Positions 30,115 to 40,163 of a DNA stretch of 64,000 nucleotides are shown here, piece after piece. Each line of letters begins with the position of its first letter. Within the stretch, counting starts at the first letter, position 1. The translations under genes were made by a program, and so were the position numbers. Location: NCBI GenBank assembly GCA_038881595.1, contig JAVZPM010000001.1, positions 115,433-179,432 of the forward strand, given 5' to 3'. The notes beneath the pieces were generated by a model that was not told where the DNA came from, did not search any database, and worked only from the letters and a program-made list of their open reading frames with translations. This DNA comes from Candidatus Micrarchaeia archaeon. GTDB taxonomy: Archaea; Micrarchaeota; Micrarchaeia; CABMEP01.

Positions 30115-31254
30115 TTATAAATATTTAATTAAATCTCCAAACGATACATCTGCACCTAGCAATGAACCCAATTCTCTTGCTATAACAATTGTTATTGTAA
30201 AATCTATAATCGGTATTAATGTAAACAATATAAATGCAAATGCCGCTTCTGTAAATATTATAAATACAAAATTAAAAACATATTTGAAAGCAGAAAATGT
30301 TACTATAGTAATATTATTTGAAGATTTTTGCAAACATTCTAAAAAACCACTTGAAAACACATCTCTAACTTTACATCCTTCTATATCAGTTTGCTTATCT
30401 ATTCTTGCGCCTAAAATATCTCTCCAACTTTTATTCCCTGATAATCCTTCATTAAGTACTGCGTTTACTATATTTTGATTTAATAAATAAGTCAATGGAA
30501 ATATAATATATAATGAGATAGCAAGAACTATCAAAAGATTTGCAACTCTTCTACTAAAGTTGAATATTCTAAAGAATAAACCCAATGGAAGAATAAAAAC
30601 AAACGCGACATTTTCTACAAACTCTAAGAAATAGATTTGCATTGAATTGAGAGCATAAACCACTCCAAATCCACTTATAGCTATATCTATTATTTTTGTA
30701 ATGGGATCAAAAAATGCATCTATAACTCCTCCAATGTCTATAGATACCACACTAAATACTGAAACAAACTTTGAAATAAGGTTGCTAATATCTGGAAGTG
30801 ATGAAACACTCATACTAGTTGCTATTTTTCCTCCGCCCAAAACTGTTTTTTCTGAGATTAGTCCACCCATAATAAATGTAAGATATGATCTTACAGAATA
30901 AAGGTAATTCTTTGCATTTTCAATTGCTGGATTGGCTGCATTTGGTGAAGAAAGGTTGTATGCTTCAAAAATTATGCTTTCTATTTTTAAAATTCCAAAT
31001 ATTAAGAAAACTATAAAGGAAAATACTATTATTTGATATAGTTCATTATTTGCCCAAGCACTAAGTTCTTTCACACCAAATGCTTTTGATAACATAAGAC
31101 CTAACGCTATAAATATTAGAGATAGAATTATTGCTGCCAAAACTGTTAATTCCCAGGGTACAGATCTTAGTGTTGGAATGTTTGTTTGCGGAACTTCTGC
31201 TACCAAAATCGGTAAAAGAAATAAAATGAATACAATAATTTTATTTATATCCAT
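30115..31254 (-). CDS. Polytopic membrane protein, paralog 4
   Basis: ELSAWANNELYQ; LPLGLFFRIFNFSRRVANLLIVLAISLYIIFP; C-terminal LGADV...LIKYL. Confidence 0.8.
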   Translation of the reverse strand: MDINKIIVFILFLLPILVAEVPQTNIPTLRSVPWELTVLAAIILSLIFIALGLMLSKAFGVKELSAWANNELYQIIVFSFIVFLIFGILKIESIIFEAYNLSSPNAANPAIENAKNYLYSVRSYLTFIMGGLISEKTVLGGGKIATSMSVSSLPDISNLISKFVSVFSVVSIDIGGVIDAFFDPITKIIDIAISGFGVVYALNSMQIYFLEFVENVAFVFILPLGLFFRIFNFSRRVANLLIVLAISLYIIFPLTYLLNQNIVNAVLNEGLSGNKSWRDILGARIDKQTDIEGCKVRDVFSSGFLECLQKSSNNITIVTFSAFKYVFNFVFIIFTEAAFAFILFTLIPIIDFTITIVIARELGSLLGADVSFGDLIKYL

Positions 31255-31291
31255 ATTCTCACTACATATACTCTTTTTCTATCCCAATTAA

Positions 31292-32479
31292 TTAAATTAA
31301 CTTAGACAATCCTGCTATATCTATATCTCCACCAAGGAATGAAGAAAATTCCTTTATGAATACTAATAGTGAATAAATTGAAATTATAAATGGAACAAAC
31401 ATCCACATGGATAAGAAAGCCATATTATCTAGAAAACCGTTAGGAAGAATTGAACTAAAGAAAATATAAGATATAAAGTCAGTACTAACCTCCTGTCCTC
31501 CTATATTTCCTTTAATATTTACAATCATGTTGAATAAATTTATTGAAAATTGAGCAACTTTTTTCGCTGAATCGATTATATTTGTGTAGCTAGATTTGCT
31601 TGAAAGCCATTCAACCTGATTTTCTTGAATACCTGAATCTAAACTTGGAAGATGAGTGACAAATCCGCTATCATCAGATAAATATATTACATTAGAATTT
31701 GGATTTGGTGAAACAATTGAAAAAGAAAGCAATAGCAAGAAAGGATAAACAAAAAACGAACCAATTGCTATGCTTAATAATAAACCACCTACACCTCTTA
31801 ATAAAGATATGGAACGAAGTGCTATCCCTGCAATCAAAAACATTGGAAATATTGCGACTGAAGTGAATATTAGGAAAAGTTGATTTACTTTTATTAGTAT
31901 AAGTAGATTCGTTCCAAAAGTAATGAAGTTTTTATAGATATCTAATATGGGAGTTAATCCGGAAAAAGGAGAAACCTGAAAACCCAATAATTGCATCTTT
32001 AAAGATGAAATCACACTAAGCCAACCTATAGTACTAATCTTGTTTCCTAAATAGAAACGAATAATGTCATAATATTGACCTAATAATGAATTAGCCACCT
32101 CTATATGACAATATCCTTGCTTACATTCTTTTTGAACATATTCGAATCTTACTCCGCTTTGCGATCTTATTGATTCTGCAGTTATTTCTAATGTGTTAAA
32201 TGTACAGCTATCACCACTGCATTGAAAATCTAGATTAGGTACAATTAAAGGAATTAGATTTAATGTGATATTATTAATTATAGCTAGAAATATGAATAAA
32301 GACCCTACTATAAGAGCTGATGCAAAAACCTGATATATCTCATTTTGAGCCCATTTCTTAAAATTATCGTTGTCTAAGGCTCTTGCAACCATGTATATTA
32401 GAGAAATGAGTACAAGAGTAATAAATAAGATTAAAACTGCAATAGGAATCCACCATTCAAATAATATTTCAAACACCAT
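31292..32479 (-). CDS. Polytopic membrane protein, paralog 3
   Basis: FKKWAQNEIYQ; AGIALRSISLLRGVGGLLLSIAIGSFFVYP; C-terminal LGGDI...LSKLI. Confidence 0.8.
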   Translation of the reverse strand: MVFEILFEWWIPIAVLILFITLVLISLIYMVARALDNDNFKKWAQNEIYQVFASALIVGSLFIFLAIINNITLNLIPLIVPNLDFQCSGDSCTFNTLEITAESIRSQSGVRFEYVQKECKQGYCHIEVANSLLGQYYDIIRFYLGNKISTIGWLSVISSLKMQLLGFQVSPFSGLTPILDIYKNFITFGTNLLILIKVNQLFLIFTSVAIFPMFLIAGIALRSISLLRGVGGLLLSIAIGSFFVYPFLLLLSFSIVSPNPNSNVIYLSDDSGFVTHLPSLDSGIQENQVEWLSSKSSYTNIIDSAKKVAQFSINLFNMIVNIKGNIGGQEVSTDFISYIFFSSILPNGFLDNMAFLSMWMFVPFIISIYSLLVFIKEFSSFLGGDIDIAGLSKLI

Positions 32480-32498
32480 TTAATCACATCAAATTATC

Positions 32499-33419
32499 TT
32501 ATTTTATTTCGGAAAGAAACGTCGCGAATGAAGATATAAATGCGATTGTTATAGTAAGATTAAGTGCTGGAAGCACAAGTGCTTGAGGGAATAATAATGA
32601 AAATTCATCAAAATACTTAAATATATTGATGATGTCAGATGACAACTTAAATGTTTCAATTGGATTAACTTGAACTGAAACTAGTTCATCAAAGCCAGGT
32701 TCGATTATCTTATATACAGAATAATTCATAACATACATAAGTGGAAATACAACATAAAGGCCGAATGCAAAAGCTATCAAATAAGAACCTCCTTTTCTTA
32801 ACCCTGGAACTGCTCTTAAAATCATTCCTATTGGAAGTATTAAAGTCAAAGCAAACGCCTCTGCTAACTGGATGAACACCATCTGTGCCTGTAAACTTCC
32901 TATTAATATTTGAAATATTCCTGTAAATATACCAAGCATCTTACTAAGTGGTTTCAATATGGCTGCTGGCTTGACCTTTACCTCTGCTTGTTCTAACAAT
33001 TTAGAAGATTTACCTACTTTGAACTTGCTTTCAACAGAAGATATTGAATCCAAAATAAGAGAAGAAGTCCAAACTCTTTGTATGGCTGGTATTCCTTTCT
33101 TATAAATAAGTGTATTAAGGTAATCATATGATGCTGAAAATTGATCCCCATAACCTATTACATCTTTAACTACATATGGAGTAACTTGACATACAATTGA
33201 AGAAAGGCCAGCGACACCTATTACTATTAAAAATGAAATGAAAAATTCTGAGAGTTCTTTCTTTGCCAAAGACTCGAGCTCACTTTTTGTAAGTATTCTT
33301 CCTAAAGCATAAAGAAAAGCGATCAATGAGATTGCAAGTGCTGACGCTGCCCCTATATATGTCCATACATCAAATACAGCTTGACAAGTACTTACAACCA
33401 TTAAATCCCTCATACTCAA
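32499..33419 (-). CDS. Polytopic membrane protein, paralog 2 (minimal core)
   Basis: ELESLAKKELSE; LPIGMILRAVPGLRKGGSYLIAFAFGLYVVFP; start overlaps the upstream stop. Confidence 0.8.
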   Translation of the reverse strand: MSMRDLMVVSTCQAVFDVWTYIGAASALAISLIAFLYALGRILTKSELESLAKKELSEFFISFLIVIGVAGLSSIVCQVTPYVVKDVIGYGDQFSASYDYLNTLIYKKGIPAIQRVWTSSLILDSISSVESKFKVGKSSKLLEQAEVKVKPAAILKPLSKMLGIFTGIFQILIGSLQAQMVFIQLAEAFALTLILPIGMILRAVPGLRKGGSYLIAFAFGLYVVFPLMYVMNYSVYKIIEPGFDELVSVQVNPIETFKLSSDIINIFKYFDEFSLLFPQALVLPALNLTITIAFISSFATFLSEIK

Positions 33420-35086
33420 ATCAATCTACCTAATTCAATTATCTTTGTTTCTCCACCTAATGTCGTTGATATAGATCTAAATGTAGAGATTGTCACAAAT
33501 ATAATTACTATAAAAACAAATATCGTAAATACATATGGGAATAGGATATTTGGAAGCACATCTGTTAAGCCATAAAATGCCATTCCTGCAGCATATGGAG
33601 TAGCAAGATAATTTGTTACAGTATAACCAGTTATCTGACTAACTGCTCTTGCTGCGCCTTCTATTCCTCCAATACTTGCAGTTACAGCTAGATTCAAATA
33701 TGAAATGTCATTAATTGGTGATTCCCCTGCTGTTCCCTTTAACTTGCACCATAAACTCGACCACAAGTTTTCTTGACATGGATCTCCTAAATAAAATCTA
33801 ACCTCTTCTGAAACAATTCTCACTTCACTCTCTCTTATTTGCTTAGTAACTAATATTATTGAATGAACATTATTGTTTGGAAATATGTTTTCATTATTTA
33901 ATAAATATTCAATACTTCCAGATGAATTGATCTCTCCTTTCTGAATCTTTCTATAACACTTTGAAATCTCCATTGTTTCCTCTCTACATGGCTCATCTGG
34001 ACCTGGACATAGTGGATAGGTTGTTTTTTCAGTAATTTTCCAATACATATAACCTTCTGGAGGAGGTTCTGGATTTTGAGAATTTCTTGATTCATAAATT
34101 AAACCTACTTCATTACATGAAACATCTCCCCAAATTGAGTAATTTAAAGGTGTGAAAACCTCCCAAAGAAATCTATCTGACTGATTTAAATAATATCTTC
34201 CTGCATCTGGTAAAAGCCTGAAGAATGGGATTGAAACTCTTTCAAGCCTATAATCTAATTGTCCTATAGACATTGCAGCTTTTGTATCCTCATACATCTT
34301 AGATGCAAATGCTAATGTCAATGGATATACTATAAATAATGTTAGTGACAATGCAATTAAAGTTGAGCCTGCTTTTCTAGTAAGTGGAAATGCACGAAGA
34401 AGAACCCCTGTTGGAAGGATAACTGGAAGCGCTGTATATTGTATGAAAAATAGAAGCTCCTTCTGTACAAAGAATGCTAATAGGAATGGCACTAATCCAG
34501 ATAGAATATTTGAAATAATGTCTGCGATCATGCTGAATGGTGCACCTAGACTTAATCCTAATTTAAGACCTGTGACTGCTTTTGCAAGATTGGCTATTCC
34601 AAAACCACCAAGACCACCAAATATCGCACCAACTCCACCTGTCGTGAGTCCGACAATTGACCCGACCATCGTTAGAAGCCAGGATAGTATTTTTGATAGA
34701 TCTATCGAAAGTGTGCTTGCCCCAGTATAAACTATATTAAGTCCAAAAAGATAACTGTATGCATATGTCAGATCATCCTCAACCTTATCTAAAAAACTTT
34801 TTGCCAAAAAGAAAGGATCACTGCCTGCATAGGCGATTGTTATCGATGTAATTGTCATAAGCAATGGAACTGTTAAAACTAAAATTAATGCAGTAACTAT
34901 AAATTCACTTAATTCTTTTCTTGCCCATCCTTTCAATTCATTAGACTGGAACGCAGAAGAGAGCATCCAAGCCAAAGCACTTAAAGCTGCGGATAGAAGG
35001 AGTGCTATAATTGAAGTTGCAAACCAATCAGTGGTAAAAACCGTCCTTATTGATTGATCAATCATTTCCTGCAAAGTTATTACCAT
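33416..35086 (-). CDS. Polytopic membrane protein, paralog 1, with Gly-zipper hairpin and Cys-containing external domain
   Basis: ELKGWARKELSE; LPTGVLLRAFPLTRKAGSTLIALSLTLFIVYP; C-terminal LGGET...LGRLI. Confidence 0.8.
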   Translation of the reverse strand: MVITLQEMIDQSIRTVFTTDWFATSIIALLLSAALSALAWMLSSAFQSNELKGWARKELSEFIVTALILVLTVPLLMTITSITIAYAGSDPFFLAKSFLDKVEDDLTYAYSYLFGLNIVYTGASTLSIDLSKILSWLLTMVGSIVGLTTGGVGAIFGGLGGFGIANLAKAVTGLKLGLSLGAPFSMIADIISNILSGLVPFLLAFFVQKELLFFIQYTALPVILPTGVLLRAFPLTRKAGSTLIALSLTLFIVYPLTLAFASKMYEDTKAAMSIGQLDYRLERVSIPFFRLLPDAGRYYLNQSDRFLWEVFTPLNYSIWGDVSCNEVGLIYESRNSQNPEPPPEGYMYWKITEKTTYPLCPGPDEPCREETMEISKCYRKIQKGEINSSGSIEYLLNNENIFPNNNVHSIILVTKQIRESEVRIVSEEVRFYLGDPCQENLWSSLWCKLKGTAGESPINDISYLNLAVTASIGGIEGAARAVSQITGYTVTNYLATPYAAGMAFYGLTDVLPNILFPYVFTIFVFIVIIFVTISTFRSISTTLGGETKIIELGRLI

Positions 35087-35236
35087 TATATCACATATTA
35101 AGTGCTATTGATAATTACATTTTATACATTAGTAAAATAGAATTAAATTAATTTCTATTTATATGTAAAAGTAGAAATAAACAGGATTGCGAGAAAGTAT
35201 TAAAAATTAAATGGAATATTAAATTAAGGTGAACAT

Positions 35237-35677
35237 ATGGCTGGAATGTACAAAATAAAAAGAGATGTAAAAAAAGATGCAAAAAAAGAGGTTAGAAAAA
35301 GACTCGATATTCTGAAGTCAGTTCTCACATTAATTAAAGGAAAGATAACCCCTGCTGAATATACACATGTGAAAAGATTGATGGCAGATGGAGTTGAAAG
35401 AGATGTGGTATTTGTACAAGGTTTATCAACAGGAATAGAATTAGCTGCATTAAATGCAGATGATATAAAGATTATAATAAAAATATTCAAGAATGCAAAG
35501 AATAGAGGAAAGGATGGTAAACCTATCTTTGAAGATAAAGAAATAAAAACAATTGATGAGATATTAGAACATAGATTTCCTTTAATTACTAGAAGGAAAA
35601 TGATTGCTATAATAAAAAGAGCAGATAATCTTCTCATTGATAGTTTAATAGGAACACTGGAAAAATTGGTTAAATAA
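35237..35677 (+). CDS. Hypothetical basic protein, divergent from the membrane-paralog locus
   Basis: 146-aa ORF with AGGTGA SD. Confidence 0.75.
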   Translation: MAGMYKIKRDVKKDAKKEVRKRLDILKSVLTLIKGKITPAEYTHVKRLMADGVERDVVFVQGLSTGIELAALNADDIKIIIKIFKNAKNRGKDGKPIFEDKEIKTIDEILEHRFPLITRRKMIAIIKRADNLLIDSLIGTLEKLVK

Positions 35678-35679
35678 TA

Positions 35680-36672
35680 TTATTTTATTTTTGAGAAATC
35701 AATAAATCTATTTTTTTCTGCTTCTTTATCTCTTGACAAAAGAACAACTCTGGAATCTTTGTGCTCATCTGTTACTATATAACTTGTTTCTTTTGCTAAT
35801 TTTTCTGCAAACTCTCTTATCTCTTCCATATACGGCATACCTGGCAAACCTATTCTTCTTCTTGAGAACCCAACCGCCATGTATGCCTTTACCTCTACGT
35901 AATGAGGTTGTGCGATCTTTATCAATTCTGCATATTTTTCAGGATATTTTAGATTTAGTCCTTTTATTAAAGTCATCCTTATAACTGTTCTCGTATATTT
36001 TCCTGCCTCTTTTAACAATTTCAAAGATGTAAGATATCTATCCCATCCATCTTTATTCTTAGGTCTCATAATCTTTTCAAAACTCTCCTTATCATATCCG
36101 CCCATTGAAAGATATAACTGTGTTGGGAAATATTTCTCATCAACCATTTTCTTAATTGCGCCCGGAACGCTTCCTGCAGTTACAATAAAAGTACTCATTC
36201 CTCTTTTATGGAACTCAGAAAGAAGATCTTTTAACTTTGGATAGGATATGGGTTCACCAAGCACGCTTAATGCAACATGTTTAGGATTTTGTGCTTCTTT
36301 CCAAAGCTCTTTGTTTACATTATAGTGTCCTCCAATTCCAGAAAGCAGTTTTCGCTGTGCCTCAATCATCTGATCTATTATCTCTTTAGGCTCATCCCAT
36401 TTATCTATTTTATCTAAAGATATTGAATCTGTATCTGCTTCAACTTCGCTTGGTTGGGCCCTCCAGCAGAATATGCATTGATTAAAACAGAAAGGAGTGG
36501 TTGTACATTGCAAGCATTGATTGCTTCTTATTCCATAAAACTTATTCTTATAGCACCATTGATTTTTTGTCATTGAAGACTGGGTGTAATGGCATATCTT
36601 TACGAGTGAATGTGTTCCTGCAAATCTGTATTTCTGCTTTTTGAGTAACGACTTTAGTTTGTCTGAAATCAT
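35680..36672 (-). CDS. taw1: 4-demethylwyosine synthase (radical SAM, TYW1/Taw1)
   Basis: HSLVKICHY, CYKNKFYGIRS..C.QC, CFNQCIFCWR, HVALSVLGEP, EVKAYM.VGFSR. Start reassigned to MISDKLK. Confidence 0.95.
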   Translation of the reverse strand: MISDKLKSLLKKQKYRFAGTHSLVKICHYTQSSMTKNQWCYKNKFYGIRSNQCLQCTTTPFCFNQCIFCWRAQPSEVEADTDSISLDKIDKWDEPKEIIDQMIEAQRKLLSGIGGHYNVNKELWKEAQNPKHVALSVLGEPISYPKLKDLLSEFHKRGMSTFIVTAGSVPGAIKKMVDEKYFPTQLYLSMGGYDKESFEKIMRPKNKDGWDRYLTSLKLLKEAGKYTRTVIRMTLIKGLNLKYPEKYAELIKIAQPHYVEVKAYMAVGFSRRRIGLPGMPYMEEIREFAEKLAKETSYIVTDEHKDSRVVLLSRDKEAEKNRFIDFSKIK

Positions 36673-36747
36673 AATAATCACTAGAATGAGCAAGAATAAT
36701 AAGATTAGTGTATTCAAATTTAAATAATTATCTGCAGAAAAAGATGT

Positions 36748-37152
36748 ATGCATGAAATTATAATCAAATCTGAAAGAAAAAATGAAATAATAAATATAAC
36801 TAAAGAAGTAGAAGAAATTGTAAAGAAGGAATCAAAAGAAAAGAAGATAGATGAAGGAATTTGTCTTGTTTATGTCCCACATGCAACTGCAGCATTAACC
36901 ATCAATGAAAATTGGGATCCTTCTGTATGTGATGATTTTATTGATTTTTTATCTAAAATCATCCCAGAAGGAAAGTGGAGACATGATAAAGTAGATGGAA
37001 ATGGGGCTGCACATATAAAATCTGCAATTATAGGTCCTAGTGTTACTATACCTTTCAAAAATGGTAAACTTCTTTTAGGAACATGGCAGGGTATAATGCT
37101 GTGTGAATTTGATGGACCTAGAGAAAGAAAAGTTATAGTACTCTGCAAATAA
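36748..37152 (+). CDS. YjbQ/UPF0047 family protein (second copy)
   Basis: PHATAALTINEN.DP, GNGAAHIKS, LGTWQGI..CEFDGPRERKV. Confidence 0.93.
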   Translation: MHEIIIKSERKNEIINITKEVEEIVKKESKEKKIDEGICLVYVPHATAALTINENWDPSVCDDFIDFLSKIIPEGKWRHDKVDGNGAAHIKSAIIGPSVTIPFKNGKLLLGTWQGIMLCEFDGPRERKVIVLCK

Positions 37153-37161
37153 TTTATAGAA

Positions 37162-37635
37162 TTATGATTTTATTCTCTCTTTAAGTATTTTATATGCTTT
37201 TCTAAGCAGGTTCTTGTTTGTATCGTGAGTAAGAAGTCTTAATGCTTCTTTATAGCTTACCCACCTGTATTCATCGTGTTCAAGGACGGCGTTTCCTTTT
37301 ATAGATACAGGGCCGTTATATTCAACCAAAAAGGATTGAAATTCCATTTTTGTATATTTGTATTTTTTAACATAATCTTTTGGTGTCTTAAATTCAAGCT
37401 TAAAGGGTAATGGAATTATAGTTCCTAACTTCTTCTGATCTGCATGAATCTCTTCTCTTAATTCTCTCATTAGATTATGCATTGGTCTTTCTCTTCCAAT
37501 TCTTCCCCCTTTCAGCATTTCCCATCCATTCCATCTTTTAATTCTATGAAGAAGCAAAAATTCTGGTTCTTTGTCTTTCAGTCTGAAAACTATAGCGCTT
37601 ATTCCTTTTCTTATTTTTTCCTTACTCTCAACCAT
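37162..37635 (-). CDS. NUDIX hydrolase
   Basis: WEMLKGG.......NLMRELREEI Nudix box; EHDEYRWV. Confidence 0.88.
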   Translation of the reverse strand: MVESKEKIRKGISAIVFRLKDKEPEFLLLHRIKRWNGWEMLKGGRIGRERPMHNLMRELREEIHADQKKLGTIIPLPFKLEFKTPKDYVKKYKYTKMEFQSFLVEYNGPVSIKGNAVLEHDEYRWVSYKEALRLLTHDTNKNLLRKAYKILKERIKS

Positions 37636-37686
37636 AAATAAAGTATTAAAAGAATCTTATTTAAACCTAACTTGATATAATTACTT

Positions 37687-38832
37687 ATGCCAATAACTAT
37701 TTTCCTTGAAGATGGAAAGTTTAAAGTAAAAAATCCTGAAGACTATGAAGCATTAAGAAGATCTTATTACGGGGAAAAGGGTAAAGGAGAAATAATTATA
37801 ACACCAGAAGAAGCAATGTATCTAATAGAGGTTAGAAATGCTGTTTGCATAGAGAATGGAAAGGAAATCAGTTTCTCGCAGATAGCAGATAGGTTCAACA
37901 AAGAAAAGATGTTTGCAGAATACATGACATTCCGTGATTGGAGAGAAAGGGGACTAATCATTAAAAAATACAAGAAAGAAGGCAAATATGAGAAAAATCC
38001 CACTGTAAAATATCCAAGCAAGGAAACAAAATTCCCAAAAATTCAGGCTGAAGCAATATTCTTCAAAGACGATAAAATGGCAATATTGGAAAATGAAGAG
38101 ATTGGGAAAGAGCTCTATAATAATTACTGGATAGGGCAGTATGGTTCATACAAAGCAGAAGGAAGAGGAAAGTTTCTAAAGTTAGACAAGTTTGAGACAT
38201 ATTTCCTTGTTAAGAATTGTGGACTGAAGCTGATTAATTTAACTGAAAAGGAATTGGAAAAAATATTGAAGGAAGAAAATGATTTCGAATCAATGTATAA
38301 CGTTTATGAAGATTGGAGAATGAATGGATTTGTAGTTAAGACAGGATTCAAGTTCGGAACTCATTTTAGGATATATTTCCCTGGTGCATTACCGGGAAAA
38401 GGGAAAGATTGGACTCATTCAAAGCATGTTCTCCATGTATTTCCAAGAGAAAAAAGAATGATAATTGCTGAGTGGGCAAGGGCAATAAGAGTTGCACATG
38501 GAGTAAGAAAAACCTTCATACTTGCAATACCTGGAAAGAAAACAAAATTAGAAAAAGGAATGATAAGTTTCTTATTATACCATAGAAAGAATAATAATAT
38601 TGAAACACCTGAAAAAGATAGTCCCTCCTTTGCGCTTGTACCTCTTAGCGAGGATGAAATGATCGGAGGGAATGAACTCGCATCTGCGATAGAAGAAGCA
38701 AAGGAGATTGGATTAGATGTCATGCTTGGAATAGTAGATAGAGAAACTTCTGTCACCTATTATAGAGTTAAAAGAATTAACTTGCCTAAAAGCAAGTATG
38801 AATACTATGAAATAGAATGGGTACAGCCATAA
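37687..38832 (+). CDS. endA: tRNA-intron endonuclease, three-unit epsilon2 (ARMAN)-type
   Basis: EAMYL, FRDWRERG, KTGFKFGTHFRIY, HSKH, RVAHGVRK; 381 aa; GQYGSYK loop. Confidence 0.93.
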   Translation: MPITIFLEDGKFKVKNPEDYEALRRSYYGEKGKGEIIITPEEAMYLIEVRNAVCIENGKEISFSQIADRFNKEKMFAEYMTFRDWRERGLIIKKYKKEGKYEKNPTVKYPSKETKFPKIQAEAIFFKDDKMAILENEEIGKELYNNYWIGQYGSYKAEGRGKFLKLDKFETYFLVKNCGLKLINLTEKELEKILKEENDFESMYNVYEDWRMNGFVVKTGFKFGTHFRIYFPGALPGKGKDWTHSKHVLHVFPREKRMIIAEWARAIRVAHGVRKTFILAIPGKKTKLEKGMISFLLYHRKNNNIETPEKDSPSFALVPLSEDEMIGGNELASAIEEAKEIGLDVMLGIVDRETSVTYYRVKRINLPKSKYEYYEIEWVQP

Positions 38833-38851
38833 ATTAATATTAAGTGATAAG

Positions 38852-40159
38852 ATGAACATTGGAGAAGGAATAAGAAAAGCACTTGCAAAGATAACTGGAA
38901 AAGCGATAATAGATGAGAGTGCTGTCAAGTCAATGATAAAAGAGATACAAAGAGCGCTTATACTTTCAGATGTGAATATAGAGTTAGTGTACAAGCTTTC
39001 AAAGCAGATAGAAAATCGTTCTCTTCATGAAAAACCTCCTGCTGGAAGAAGCATGAGCGAACACATCCATGCAATTGTTTACGAAGAACTTACAAAGATT
39101 ATGGGGGAAGGAAGAAAGCTCGAACTAAAACCTCAAAAGATAATGATGTGTGGATTGTTCGGGTCGGGAAAAACTACGCAGATAGGAAAGGTTGCTTATT
39201 ATTTGAAGCAGAGAGGAATGAGTGTTGGTGTGATTGCTGCAGATATGATGAGACCTGCGGCATATGAACAGCTTGAACAGCTTTCAAAGCAGGTAGGCTG
39301 CAACTTTTATGGAAGAAAGGGGGAAGGTGTCAAGGCTAAGGATGTTGTCAAAGAAGGCCTAGAAAAGCTAAAGAATGATGTTATAATAATAGATACATCT
39401 GGAAGAGATGCGCTTGATGACGAATTAATAGCTGAATTAAGAGAAATAAATGAAATTGCAAAACCTGATGAGAGGATACTTGTAATATCTGCTGACATAG
39501 GACAGGTTGCAAAGAAACAGGCTGAAGAATTCAATAATGCAGTTGGACTAACTGGAGTTATAATAACAAAAATGGATGGAAGCGGAAAGGGTGGTGGAGC
39601 GCTTACAGCGTGCGCAACTGCTGGCGTGAAAGTTATATTCATAGGTGTGGGAGAAAAAATAGGAGACATAGAGGAATTCAACCCATCTAAATTTGTAGGA
39701 AGGCTTTTAGGTGTGCCTGACTTCGAGGCTTTGATTGAAAAAATTAAAGCTGCAGTACCTGAAGGCATGGAAGAAATTCCAGAAGAATTTACTATTGAAA
39801 CTTTCTACAAGCAATTAAAAGCTGCAAGAAATATGGGGCCTTTAAAAGGACTATTTGAGACGATAGGGATAGTTAATGTACCTAAAGAAGTTCTTGAACA
39901 GGGAGAGCAAAAAATGAACCAATATGAATCAATTATAGATTCAATGACCAAAGCTGAAAGGAAGAATCCAGATCTAGTTAGAAAAAGTCCTTCAAGAATA
40001 GAAAGAATTTCAAAAGGTTCAGGTGTACCTGCTTCTGTTGTAAAGGAATTTATAACACAATTTGGCAAGATGAAAAAAATGTATGAACAGTTACAGAAGA
40101 ATAAAGGTATGCAAAGAAACCTACAAAGACTATTCAAAGAAAAAGGATTCGGTTTCTAA
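38852..40159 (+). CDS. srp54: Signal recognition particle protein SRP54
   Basis: GLFGSGKTT, RPAAYEQL, DTSGR, TKMDGSGKGGGAL, M-domain IIDSMT..ER, SRIERISKGSG. Confidence 0.97.
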   Translation: MNIGEGIRKALAKITGKAIIDESAVKSMIKEIQRALILSDVNIELVYKLSKQIENRSLHEKPPAGRSMSEHIHAIVYEELTKIMGEGRKLELKPQKIMMCGLFGSGKTTQIGKVAYYLKQRGMSVGVIAADMMRPAAYEQLEQLSKQVGCNFYGRKGEGVKAKDVVKEGLEKLKNDVIIIDTSGRDALDDELIAELREINEIAKPDERILVISADIGQVAKKQAEEFNNAVGLTGVIITKMDGSGKGGGALTACATAGVKVIFIGVGEKIGDIEEFNPSKFVGRLLGVPDFEALIEKIKAAVPEGMEEIPEEFTIETFYKQLKAARNMGPLKGLFETIGIVNVPKEVLEQGEQKMNQYESIIDSMTKAERKNPDLVRKSPSRIERISKGSGVPASVVKEFITQFGKMKKMYEQLQKNKGMQRNLQRLFKEKGFGF

Positions 40160-40163
40160 TTAA

